A stretch of 64,000 bases of DNA from Macrostomum hystrix (taxonomy: Eukaryota > Animalia > Platyhelminthes). Position numbers and translations under genes: made by a program. Under the pieces are notes generated by a model that saw nothing but the letters and a program-made list of their open reading frames with translations, did no database searches and was not told the origin of the DNA. Below, piece by piece: positions 51,590 to 63,925 of this stretch (positions within the stretch are counted from its first letter, which is position 1; each line of letters opens with the position of its first letter). The stretch is taken from contig CATNEN010000039.1 of NCBI GenBank assembly GCA_950097015.1, positions 6,510,001-6,574,000 on the forward strand, written 5' to 3'.

Positions 51590-52987
51590 GAAATTTTACA
51601 TAGCAAAATCAAATCAAAACAGCTTCGATGTCGTATCGTTGTAATTGTCGTACGATACGAGGCTATATGCTAAATTTATGGCGGATTGGTTGCTATTGTG
51701 ATTCAAGATAAATAAAGGAAAATATAATTGATATCCATGATTCATGAATAAAGCTTTCTCAAATTAGTTGTAAAGCAACATGTCTTACAGGGTAGAACAG
51801 CATTGGATTCGCTTTCAATAAAACGTAATCAATATTTTTATGTGAAAAACGTGAAAAGTTCCGATATCGCTCGCGCTTTTTTGCATAAAAATCAGCCTTT
51901 AATAATTTATCCTAGAAACGAAGTGTCCCGTCCTTTTTCTAGTGGTCCTTGTGTCTTTTTTGCGGACTCTAACAAGTATATACAAGTATAACTTGCCATT
52001 CTTTTAAATTTGTCATTGCATTTTTTCAAGTAAATAAACATGTTATAAATAATATAAAATGTGACAGCAACACCAAAAAATTGAAAGTGTTGTTAAAGCG
52101 CTTGCTCGAATATTTATTTTGAATTGCTTCTTTTCTTAAAAACGGCGTCGTTTTGACGACGAACAGATGGTCTCTATATAAGAGTTTCAGTACCGTTAGC
52201 CGGGAACTGTACCGTTAGCCCGGCACCGCAATTGATTTTGGCCTTTAGGGTGTTAGACCTTTAGACAACATAAAAACCGAACTAAGAAAATATTATTAAG
52301 AGCATGAATAAGCTAGGATTCTTCCCAATCATTGGAAAAGTTTAATTTATTAGATAATATTGCTTAGCAATAGCTACAGTAAATGCTAATTAAAATAGAC
52401 TCAGTCACAAGAAACGATCAGTGTATAATGGTATTTTTTTAATGTTAATGTATTTTTGAGACAGTGAGAACTTTTACACTTATGTTCTTCAAAATTGTTT
52501 CTAACATTTGAAATGAATTCAATTAATTTTGACATGAGGTTTAAACAATTTTCGTGCCACCTATTTTCTCTGATCCACAGAGGGAATGTAGATTTATGAA
52601 TAGATGCAAATATTTTTATTGTACACAATAATTAAGTCAATAATATTATTATCATTACTTTATACACAATGCAATGGCTCATAGTCATAGATTAAAATAG
52701 TTAATAAATTGAGGGTAGCAATAATTTAGTCAATTTTGCAGCTTAAAATGGTCTATTATTAATATTTTACTTTGGGTTTCTGAAAATGCACAAATAATAT
52801 GTAATGAGGTAATAGTCACAGGCATATGAAGCATAGCCAGTTCCTTAAATTATTTAAAAGTAAACTTATATTATATGAGGTTTTGAAGGACAATATTTAA
52901 AAATATAATCCTACACAACTTACAGAGATAGTCTCTAACAGTGAATAAATTCAACAATTTCAAGCAGACCACATAGGCAGCACATTC

Positions 52988-55900
52988 ATGAGTCTGGCTA
53001 GCCGATATGAGTGGGCACGAGAGCAGCTATCAGCTGCTGACCAGTTGCACTTGCTTAACTTCTACAATTCCCTGGCAGAATCTGAGCAGGCAAAGCTGCT
53101 TAAGCACATTGAGCGAGTGGACTGGGCCGCTCTGCCAGGCATTGTTAGCACTGCACTAGCTCAACGGTCTGAGGCTAAGAATGCCGAAACTGAGGCACAG
53201 ACTGAGGACTTTCGGTTGGTATACAGCCTTGTCTCTGGGCCAGATGTGCAGCCTGTGGCACAACTGCAGCTATTGCACAGCCATTAAGTCATTTGACTGC
53301 CATGTCTCCACAGTCGAATTACTACCCCATTTAAGACTGGCATCGAGATCCATTTAGAGCTGAGTGAACTCAGGAGTCAAGTGATTGAAAATGTCCCTTG
53401 AGTTGAGATTCGAACCATTGACCCAAGAAGGCCAAAGCTCTAACCACAGAGCTACAAGGTCCCTCATTACTTTACTCGCAAACAAGTAACAAGTACCGCC
53501 CATTTCACAACAATTGTCAATTAGGCCGATTCCGCCTGAATCGTGCGGCGGCCGGTCCTACACTTCGCCGGAGGAAGTGGCCCGGCTTCGCGACATCGGC
53601 CTGGAGGCCATCGCCGATGGCCGCGTTGGCGTCGTCTTGCTGGCTGGCGGACAGGCCACGAGGCTCGGCGTGCGTTATCCCAAGGGATTGTACAAGTGAG
53701 TGCGCTCGTTAATCGTTAATCGTCATCGCTGCAGGAGGGCTGCGGGATATTGTACTTCATTTGGTGACAGTAGACCCGCAGCCAGCGAGGAGGCAATTTT
53801 GCCCATTTCGCTGACTCCTGAGCACACATGCACACAATGACAATACTGTACGCAGGCACACGCTCACAGGTGTAAATCTGCCCTGACTTACTCATCGTCA
53901 GGCAGTGTCCACTCTCATTGTGCCTTAGAGGTTGGCCCTCAAGTGCGTAAATTGTACGGCAAGCCCCCAAGCCTTCTCTCCGTGGCTGCGCCCCAAATGA
54001 ATGCGGCCTCGCGGCGGAATCGAGCTAAGGGACCTTGGCGCGAGAGGCAAACGCGTTAACGGCTCTGCCACTCGCACCAGAGTGATTTCGGACAATGTCC
54101 ACCAGGTGAATCGCCACCGACATTGCTTTCAGAGTTGGCCTACCCTCGGGCAAGTCGCTGTTCCAGCTGCACGCCGAGAAGGCGCTGCGAGTTCAGGCCA
54201 TGGCCGAGAGAAAATTTCCCGGCCGAGCCGGCACCGGCCTAGTCTGGTACATCATGACCTCAGAGGCCACCCAGACTGGCACCGTTGAATTCTTTGAGCA
54301 GCAAAATTATTTCGGTCTAAAGAAAGAGAATGTTGTCTTCTTCAAGCAGTTCACGTTTCCCTGCGTTGGACTTGACGGCAAAGTGCTGCTGGCCGACCGG
54401 CATCGACTGCAGAGCAGCCCGGATGGCAACGGCGGCCTGTACAGGGCCTTTCGGTGAGCCTCAGTTGTGCTCTACCTCCGGCTGCCACTTATGGCTTGCT
54501 GGCACTTCTTCTTTCTACCATTCACTTCAGGGCTGTCTGTCCGTCTCACTGTCACTCTGTGATTTCTTTTTTGTTACTTAACCATTCCATTTCTGTCACT
54601 CCGTCGCACTGTCGCATGCTAAATCACAATTTGAAAATGCAGCGAGCGCGGCTGTCTTGAGCACATGCGCCAGCGCAAGCTGACCTCCCTGCAGATCTTC
54701 GGCGTTGACAACATCCTCACCCGGGTTGGCGACCCCGACTTCATCGGCTTCTGCCTGGACAAGCGGGCCGAAATGGCCGCCAAAATTGTTGAGAAGACCA
54801 GTCCGCAGGAGCGCGTCGGTGTTGTTACCCTTGGCAACGACGCCTGCTATCGCGTTGTTGAATACTCGGAGATCGGCGCAGTTGCCGGAGCCCGACCCGA
54901 TCCGGCTTTTCCAGACCGGCTGCTGCTGCGGGCTGGCAACATCTGCCAGCATTTTGTCACGGCTGCCGGCATGGACAAGGTGGGTTGGGCGCCGGTGTGG
55001 GCTTTCCCCTATATACCCAGGCAAACGGCGGGAGTAATATAATAATAATTGATAATTGCAGGAGGGCTGCGGGCAATCGCACATCATTTGTTGGCACTAG
55101 ACCCGCATTCAGCGAGGAGGCAATTCTGCCTATTTCTCTGATTCCTAAGCGCATACAAATACTGTACGCAGGCACACGCTCACACAGGTGTGTACATCTG
55201 CCCCTGACTTTCTCATCATCAGGCAGTGTACACTCTCACTGTGCCTTGGGGGTTGGCCCTCAAGGGCGTAAATTGCACGACAAGCCCCCAAGCCTTCTCT
55301 TCGCGGCTGCGCCCCAAATAAATGTGGCCTTAGTGCGAAATCAAGCCCAAGGACCTTCGTGCGAGAGGCAAACGCGTTAGACGGCTCTGCCACTCACCCT
55401 CCTAACACCGAAAGTAGCTAAGCCTTTATCTACAAAATGCCTCGTTATCTAATTATTTAGATCTTTGAAAACTTGCCCGATAAATAAACTTTGCCCGCGT
55501 CTAAATTGAGTCTTCCTTTAGTCTTTTCAAACGACTCCACAGCACCGTACTTTGTCACGGTATTGTTATCATCGCATCATCTAGATGCCTGCTCTCTGCC
55601 AATCACAGGTGTGCCAACCCGCCTACGAGGTCCGGCTGCAGCATCACGCGGCGGTGAAGCGTGTGCCCTACTGCGACCCGCAGACAGGCAGCTTAGTTGA
55701 CCATCCGGCAACTGAGAATGCCATCAAGCTGGAGAAATTCGTCTTCGATGTGTTTCCGTTTGCTGGACCAAAGTTTGTCGTCTGGGAAGTGCCTAGGTGA
55801 GTCTCTCTGAAGGAGATGCGCAACCCTTTCGCTTCTCTTGAGCAGCTAAGCTATGCGATGCATCCTTTGTAGTACGCGAGTCTGATTTTTTAAATTGCTG

Positions 55901-56598
55901 GTTGGTCTGGTTTTTATGAAACTTCGATGCCGCTACACTCAACACTTTAGGCTGCTTCCGTTTTCGCCCATAGCTGCTTCTGTTTCCGCTTCAGGGCTGC
56001 TTCTGTTTCCGCTTCAGGGCTGCTTCTGTTTCCGCTTCAGGGCTGCTTGTGTTTCCGCTTCAGGGCTGCTTCTGTTTCCGCTTCAGGGCTGCTTCTGTTT
56101 CCGCTTCAAGGCTGCTTTTGTTTCCGCTTCAGGACTGCCTCACTCATCGCTTCAGGGCAGCCTATCTCATCGCTTCAGGGCAGCCTCTCTCATCGCTTCA
56201 GGGCAGCCTCTCTCATCGCTTCAGGGCAGCCTCTCTCATCGCTTCACCTTCTCCAGTCCTGGCTTTCCTGTCCCGCTTCTGTCGCCGCTGATTAGCTTCA
56301 GCCGCCTCTCGCACCTCCTCGCAGAGAGTCGGAATTCTCACCCCTAAAGAACGGACCCGGCGCCAGCAGCGAGTGCCCGCAGACCTGCCGACGCGACCTG
56401 CTGGCCCTGCACTCGGCCTGGCTGAGCCGCAGCGACACCTTCCAAGCATTCTTGAAGCAGCAGAACCTAGACGCCTCTGTCCCGGTGGAGGTGTCGCCGT
56501 CAATTAGCTACTCCGGCGAAGATCTACAGGACCGGACGGACTGGGCTGAGCAGATGCTGTCGGGCGGCATCGCCGTGGACTCGACTGCCACCGCCTAG
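52988..56598 (+). CDS. UAP1: UDP-N-acetylglucosamine pyrophosphorylase (UDP-N-acetylhexosamine pyrophosphorylase)
   Basis: Exons 52988-53214, 53525-53695, 54133-54453, 54643-54979, 55609-55796 and 56325-56598, all phase-consistent. Motifs: [109 protein letters not shown]. Confidence 0.93.
53728..54072 (-). mobile_element. tRNA-derived SINE, family A (UAP1 intron 2)
   Basis: Minus-strand head TGGCAGAGCCGTTAACGCG..GCTCGATTCC; full-length match to the other copies. Confidence 0.82.
55038..55395 (-). mobile_element. tRNA-derived SINE, family A (UAP1 intron 4)
   Basis: Same body as 53728-54072, with an (ATT)n tail. Confidence 0.82.
55950..56245. repeat. 23-bp compound repeat (GCTTCTGTTTCCGCTTCAGGGCT)n then (GCCTCTCTCATCGCTTCAGGGCA)n
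   Basis: Tandem array in UAP1 intron 5. Confidence 0.9.
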
Positions 56599-56631
56599 AT
56601 TCTGTACGATTGTAGCCCTGGTCATTGCGAC

Positions 56632-56637
56632 AATAAA
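56632..56637 (+). terminator. Polyadenylation signal AATAAA of UAP1
   Basis: AATAAA ~33 nt after the TAG at 56596-56598. Confidence 0.55.
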
Positions 56638-56794
56638 CCATTCATCACATAGAAAATATCACCATTTGAATTGTTTTAAATTAAATATGATTGATCAATA
56701 TAGTCTAGCACTTCGCTTTACGCTAACGCAGTTAACGCTTTTACTGCTTGGTTAAAGGAAATCGTCGATTCTAGAAAAAAAAATAATAACAATT

Positions 56795-57080
56795 GATTAC
56801 ACCTGTGCGTTTGCGCAAGATGTGCAGCCAGTCGCAGCTATTTCGCGGCGCATCTGAAGGCTGTGTACGACTGTTCAGTCCATGGACTGGGGGAACGCCA
56901 CACCCACCTTCAATTATCCCAGCTAATACTGGTACCCATTTAACAGCTGGGTGAACTGAAGCAATGTAGAGTTAAGTGTCTTGCTAAAGGACACAAATTG
57001 TTCCAGTGGAGTCAGGAATCGAACCCCCGACCTTTAAGTCGTCAGTCCGACGCTCTAACCACTAGGCTAAATCCTCATTA
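56795..57080 (-). mobile_element. tRNA-derived SINE, family B (CORE-like domain)
   Basis: Minus-strand head TAGCCTAGTGGTTAGAGCG..GGTTCGATTCC (A and B boxes) followed by the CORE-like segment; matches 49140-49400. Confidence 0.8.
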
Positions 57081-57350
57081 TAGATTCTAGATCTCGATTC
57101 TAAAACTGTTCGATAAAATAAAATGCTATCTACCCTCTACTGCACTAGTTATTCAAGTAGCCACACAAGATCACGCATTGCACCAATGTTTTATTCGATT
57201 ATTATTTTCGGAATTGTTACAGCAGTCTGGCTCGGTCTGTGATTAGACCGGATGACCGGTTGACGAAGTCATTTTTTAAATAAATTTGTGCCAATTTCAG
57301 TCCTAATCACTAATTCCAAAGACGTCGAATTTATGTGACAGTCTTATTAA

Positions 57351-57930
57351 CAGTAAATCTACTAAGTAGGCCATTTTGCCGCTCGTTTTTATATCAAGGG
57401 GCCCCTTAAAAATTGTTTGGCAGTGCCTGAATGCTAACAGCGTTGAGTAGTGACTGATTGATTGACAGACTAGACGATGGTGTACTGAGGTTGAGCTGCG
57501 CCTAGTATTTAGGCTTGATCAGTGAAATTGTAGAAATTCGCGTCAGGGTGTCCATAGTGGCCTATTTCCACCTGTTGTAGTCCTTGAAGGTCCGGCAAAT
57601 ACGTCTAGATAAAGATCACGGAGATGATGCAGGCACATTCGGGGGCATGTTGATAAATTTTGAAGGCCTGGCAAGGCGGCCCTGAGGCTTACCTTGTGTA
57701 TCTTGCCGTATAAAATACACAAGCTCTAGTGGAAAAAATCGGACCTTCGGCCAGAACCATTGAATATCTCGACGGTCTGAAGAGCTAGCGACTTGATTGC
57801 TGTTTCAGAAAATGCGCAACAAAAAGTTGGCCCGTGTTCTTAAGTTTCGTGTGCTTGCGTTGTTCCGTTCGGGTTCAGCACAAAAAAGTTGTCAGGGGGG
57901 AATTCCCCCCCCCCCTAGGTAGTGCTACTG
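57351..57930. mobile_element. Non-autonomous TIR DNA element, copy 2 (TTAA on both sides)
   Basis: Degenerate TIRs CAGTAAATCTACTAAG / CTAGGTAGTGCTACTG, flanked by TTAA...TTAA; homologous to 49958-50796. Confidence 0.78.
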
Positions 57931-58254
57931 TTAATCAGGTTTTCAGTGCTATCTGTATTTGCTGTTAATGCTGATTTTAGTCATAATTTGTCTAAGTTAA
58001 CATCCTGTTACACTGCTAGCTCAATTATAGCTCATGAGTTGTTCTGCTACTTGTTGCTTTCTTATCATTTTTAAATTAACTTGCTAACAACATTTGACCG
58101 ATTCTTCTGAGTTTATTGAGTAATTAGCTCGTACAATAAACTGCCTTCATTTGAAAACAATTTTTGGTAATTTATGAAAACCATGAACAATGTGCCAACG
58201 TTGCACCAATAATAGCATAGCTTCTTTTCTGCATGCTTAGTTTCAAAAATCCCT

Positions 58255-59215
58255 CACCTCACTCTGGTACAGGTGAGTGCCAGTCCTCAGGTCACTCATT
58301 TCACTCTGGTACAGGTGAGTGCCAGTCCTCAGGTCACTCATTTCACTCTGGTACAGGTGAGTGCCAGTCCTCAGGTCACTCATTTCACTCTGGTACAGGT
58401 GAGTGCCAGTCCTCAGGTCACTCATTTCACTCTGGTACAGGTGAGTGCCAGTCCTCAGGTCACTCATTTCACTCTGGTACAGGTGAGTGCCAGTCCTCAG
58501 GTCACTCATTTCACTCTGGTACAGGTGAGTGCCAGTCCTCAGGTCACTCATTTCACTCTGGTACAGGTGAGTGCCAGTCCTCAGGTCACTCACCTCACTC
58601 TGGTACAGGTGAGTGCCAGTCCTCAGGTCACTCATTTCACTCTGGTACAGGTGAGTGCCAGTCCTCAGGTCACTCACCTCACTCTGGTACAGGTGAGTGC
58701 CAGTCCTCAGGTCACTCATTTCACTCTGGTACAGGTGAGTGCCAGTCCTCAGGTCACTCATTTCACTCTGGTACAGGTGAGTGCCAGTCCTCAGGTCACT
58801 CATTTCACTCTGGTACAGGTGAGTGCCAGTCCTCAGGTCACTCACCTCACTCTGGTACAGGTGAGTGCCAGTCCTCAGGTCACTCATTTCACTCTGGTAC
58901 AGGTGAGTGCCAGTCCTCAGGTCACTCATTTCACTCTGGTACAGGTGAGTGCCAGTCCTCAGGTCACTCATTTCACTCTGGTACAGGTGAGTGCCAGTCC
59001 TCAGGTCACTCATTTCACTCTGGTACAGGTGAGTGCCAGTCCTCAGGTCACTCACCTCACTCTGGTACAGGTGAGTGCCAGTCCTCAGGTCACTCATTTC
59101 ACTCTGGTACAGGTGAGTGCCAGTCCTCAGGTCACTCATTTCACTCTGGTACAGGTGAGTGCCAGTCCTAAGGTCACTCATTTCACTCTGGTACAGGTGA
59201 GTGCCAGTCCTCAAG
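58255..59215. repeat. 42-bp minisatellite (CACTCTGGTACAGGTGAGTGCCAGTCCTCAGGTCACTCATTT)n
   Basis: About 23 highly homogeneous units; explains ORFs 58233-59289. Confidence 0.97.
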
Positions 59216-59484
59216 TCCCTCGCTGTCTCAGAGACAACCACAGGTGCCAGAGCTTAAGTTACTCAGAATCAGTAGGAGAAGAACGCTAGTGTCAGAGAAT
59301 GAGACTTCTGCAGGTAACAAAACCCGTCTGCCGTCTCGCACGTGGAAATGTTTAAGAGACTAAGCTAGCTCGTATTATTCCACCCACACCGTAATAGATA
59401 CTGTCTTATGACCTTTCTATACAGATAGTGGGTTTAACTAATTTGCGATCTGACCTTGCAGTGTATTTAAGCATGATAATACAA

Positions 59485-59790
59485 GTAATAATAATTGCAG
59501 GAGGGCTGCGGGCAATGGCACATCATTTGGTGACACTAGACCTGTAGCCAGCGAGGAGGCAATTCTGCCCATTTCGCTGACTCCTGAGCTCACACGCACA
59601 CAGATACTGTACTCAGGCACACGCTCACACAGGTGTGTACATCTGCCCACAATTTTTCATAGTCAGGGCAGTCAGGCAGTGTCCACTCTCACTGTGCCTT
59701 GGAGGTTGGCTCTAAAGGGCGTAAATCGCCCCAAATGAATGTGGCCTCGCCGCGGAATCGAGCTCAGGGACCTTGACGCGAGAGGCAGAC
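59485..59790 (-). mobile_element. tRNA-derived SINE, family A
   Basis: Matches the other family A copies; a separate head fragment lies at ~60030-60095. Confidence 0.8.
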
Positions 59791-59878
59791 TCGTTCTGGC
59801 CTGGTCTGCCACTGGTCCCTCTGACTCCGCTCAGGGACTTTGGTGAGGAGTATAGAGAATGGGGGATGGGATTTTTAC

Positions 59879-60010
59879 CTGGTCTTCGTCTTGTGCACCC
59901 GGTGAGCTCAGCGGCCAGCTCAGTGCGTACACTCGGTCAGCCGCCAGCAGGCAGAGCATGTTCGAGGACAAGCTGCTGCTGAGGATCCAGAAGAAGGACC
60001 GGAGTTTGGT
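59879..60010 (-). pseudogene. Rhodopsin-family GPCR exon fragment (TM3/ICL2), frameshifted
   Basis: LRSFFWILSSSLSSNMLCLLAADRVYALSWPL resembles TM3 with a DRY-like motif and the A...PL motif; a 1-nt shift then gives AHRVHKTKTR ending at the donor AG|gtaaaa. It is flanked by SINE pieces. Confidence 0.5.
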
Positions 60011-60102
60011 CCTTTGGTCCTTTAGAGCCGTGCAATCGAATTTAGGGACCATAGTGCGAGACGAAAACGCGTTAACCACTCTGCCACCGACCCTCCCATT
60101 TA

Positions 60103-63100
60103 AGCATGATGCTTGTCATCAAACATGATGCTTGTCATCAAACATGATGCTTGTCATCAAACATGATGCTTGTCATCAAACATGATGCTTGTCATCAAAC
60201 ATGATGCTTGTCATCAAACATGATGCTTGTCATCAAACATGATGCTTGTCATCAAACATGATGCTTGTCATCAAACATGATGCTTGTCATCAAACATGGT
60301 GCTTGTCATCAAACATAATGCTTGTCATCAAACATGATGCTTGTCATCAAACATGATGCTTGTCATCAAACATGGTGCTTGTCATCAAACATGGTGCTTG
60401 TCATCAAACATGATGCTTGTCATCAAACATGATGCTTGTCATCAAACATGGTGCTTGTCATCAAACATGATGCTTGTCATCAAACATAATGCTTGTCATC
60501 AAACATGATGCATGTCATCAAACATGATGCTTGTCATCAAACATGGTGCTTGTCATCAAACATAATGCTTGTCATCAAACATAATGCTTGTCATCAAACA
60601 TGGTGCTTGTCATCAAACATAATGCTTGTCATCAAACATGGTGCTTGTCATCAAACATGGTGCTTGTCATCAAACATGGTGCTTGTCATCAAACATGGTG
60701 CTTGTCATCAAACATAATGCTTGTCATCAAACATAATGCTTGTCATCAAACATGGTGCTTGTCATCAAACATAATGCTTGTCATCAAACATGGTGCTTGT
60801 CATCAAACATAATGCTTGTCATCAAACATGATGCTTGTCATCAAACATAATGCTTGTCATCAAACATGATGCATGTCATCAAACATGATGCTTGTCATCA
60901 AACATGGTGCTTGTCATCAAACATAATGCTTGTCATCAAACATGATGCTTGTCATCAAACATAATGCTTGTCATCAAACATGATGCATGTCATCAAACAT
61001 GATGCTTGTCATCAAACATGGTGCTTGTCATCAAACATAATGCTTGTCATCAAACATAATGCTTGTCATCAAACATGGTGCTTGTCATCAAACATAATGC
61101 TTGTCATCAAACATGGTGCTTGTCATCAAACATGGTGCTTGTCATCAAACATGGTGCTTGTCATCAAACATGGTGCTTGTCATCAAACATAATGCTTGTC
61201 ATCAAACATAATGCTTGTCATCAAACATGGTGCTTGTCATCAAACATAATGCTTGTCATCAAACATGGTGCTTGTCATCAAACATGGTGCTTGTCATCAA
61301 ACATGGTGCTTGGCATCAAACATAATGCTTGTCATCAAACATAATGCTTGTCATCAAACATGATGCTTGTCATCAAACATGGTGCTTGTCATCAAACATG
61401 ATGCTTGTCATCAAACATGGTGCTTGGCATCAAACATAATGCTTGTCATCAAACATAATGCTTGTCATCAAACATGGTGCTTGGCATCAAACATAATGCT
61501 TGGCATCAAACATGATGCTTGTCATCAAACATAATGCTTGTCATCAAACATGGTGCTTGTCATCAAACATGATGCTTGTCATCAAACATAATGCTTGTCA
61601 TCAAACATGGTGCTTGTCATCAAACATAATGCTTGGCATCAAACATGATGCTTGTCATCAAACATGATGCTTGTCATCAAACATGATGCTTGTCATCAAA
61701 CATGATGCTTGTCATCAAACATGATGCTTGTCATCAAACATGATGCTTGTCATCAAACATGGTGCTTGTCATCAAACATGGTGCTTGGCATCAAACATAA
61801 TGCTTGTCATCAAACATAATGCTTGTCATCAAACATGATGCTTGTCATCAAACATGGTGCTTGTCATCAAACATGATGCTTGTCATCAAACATGGTGCTT
61901 GGCATCAAACATAATGCTTGTCATCAAACATAATGCTTGTCATCAAACATGGTGCTTGGCATCAAACATAATGCTTGGCATCAAACATGATGCTTGTCAT
62001 CAAACATAATGCTTGTCATCAAACATGGTGCTTGTCATCAAACATGATGCTTGTCATCAAACATGATGCTTGTCATCAAACATGGTGCTTGGCATCAAAC
62101 ATAATGCTTGGCATCAAACATGATGCTTGTCATCAAACATGGTGCTTGTCATCAAACATAATGCTTGTCATCAAACATGGTGCTTGGCATCAAACATAAT
62201 GCTTGGCATCAAACATGGTGATTGTCATCAAACATGATGCTTGTCATCAAACATGATGCTTGTCATCAAACATAATGCTTGTCATCAAACATGGTGCTTG
62301 TCATCAAACATGATGCTTGTCATCAAACATGATGCTTGTCATCAAACATGATGCTTGTCATCAAACATAATGCTTGTCATCAAACATGGTGCTTGTCATC
62401 AAACATGATGCTTGTCATCAAACATGGTGCTTGTCATCAAACATGATGCTTGTCATCAAACATGATGCTTGTCATCAAACATAATGCTTGTCATCAAACA
62501 TGGTGCTTGTCATCAAACATAATGCTTGGCATCAAACATGGTGATTGTCATCAAACATAATGCTTGTCATCAAACATGGTGCTTGTCATCAAACATGGTG
62601 CTTGTCATCAAACATGGTGCTTGTCATCAAACATGATGCTTGTCATCAAACATGGTGCTTGTCATCAAACATGATGCTTGTCATCAAACATGATGCTTGT
62701 CATCAAACATGATGCTTGTCATCAAACATGGTGCTTGTCATCAAACATGATGCTTGTCATCAAACATGATGCTTGTCATCAAACATGATGCTTGTCATCA
62801 AACATAATGCTTGTCATCAAACATGGTGCTTGTCATCAAACATGGTGCTTGTCATCAAACATGATGCTTGTCATCAAACATGATGCTTGTCATCAAACAT
62901 GGTGCTTGTCATCAAACATGATGCTTGTCATCAAACATGATGCTTGTCATCAAACATGATGCTTGTCATCAAACATAATGCTTGTCATCAAACATGGTGC
63001 TTGTCATCAAACATGGTGCTTGTCATCAAACATGATGCTTGTCATCAAACATGATGCTTGTCATCAAACATGATGCTTGTCATCAAACATGATGCTTGTC

Positions 63101-63557
63101 ATCAAACATGATGCTTGTCATCAAACATAATGCTTGTCATCAAACATGGTGCTTGTCATCAAACATAATGCTTGTCATCAAACATGATGCTTGTCATCAA
63201 ACATAATGCTTGTCATCAAACATGGTGCTTGTCATCAAACATGGTGCTTGTCATCAAACATGATGCTTGTCATCAAACATGGTGCTTGTCATCAAACATG
63301 ATGCTTGTCATCAAACATGATGCTTGTCATCAAACATGGTGCTTGTCATCAAACATGATGCTTGTCATCAAACATGATGCTTGTCATCAAACATGATGCT
63401 TGTCATCAAACATGATGCTTGTCATCAAACATGGTGCTTGTCATCAAACATGGTGCTTGTCATCAAACATGATGCTTGTCATCAAACATGGTGCTTGTCA
63501 TCAAACATGATGCTTGTCATCAAACATGGTGCTTGTCATCAAACATGGTGCTTGTCA
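60103..63557. repeat. 19-bp satellite (AAACATRRTGCTTGTCATC)n, ~3.45 kb
   Basis: About 180 units with GAT/GGT/AAT variants. Confidence 0.97.
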
Positions 63558-63704
63558 GCAGCAACTGGAGAGCCGAAAACACATGTAGTAATTTATGCTT
63601 AATATCAATCAGGTACATTCAAATCTTCCATGAGCATGCACTCTTTGGCTTTGTCTTAACTAGCTTCCGTGTTGCATTAACTCTAAAAAACGGACCTAAC
63701 ACTA

Positions 63705-63925
63705 TTGGATTCCGGACCTTTCCAACTGGATTCCGGACCTTGTCAACTGGATTCCGGATCTTTTCAACTGGATTCCGGATCTTTTCAACTGGATTCCGGA
63801 TCTTTTCAACTGGATTCCGGATCTTTTCAACTGGATTCCGGATCTTTTCAACTGGATTCCGGATCTTTCAAACTGGATTCCGAATCTTTCCAACTCCGGA
63901 ACCGGATTCCGGAAATGCTCAACTG
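63705..63925. repeat. 21-bp repeat (CAACTGGATTCCGGATCTTTT)n
   Basis: Short tandem array near the window end. Confidence 0.9.

Noticed and set aside
52170-52900. TATATAA plus duplicated TACCGTTAGCC upstream of UAP1 as a promoter or transposon end
   Set aside because: No matching opposite end and no transcript evidence; cannot be assigned.
57005-57078. Possible tRNA gene on the minus strand
   Set aside because: A and B boxes are present, but it lacks a proper acceptor stem and runs into a CORE-like SINE body that is repeated at 49140-49400; it is a SINE head.
9341-63557. CRISPR-like appearance of the 28-45-bp arrays
   Set aside because: Units are contiguous with no unique spacers, there are no cas genes, and the context is eukaryotic.
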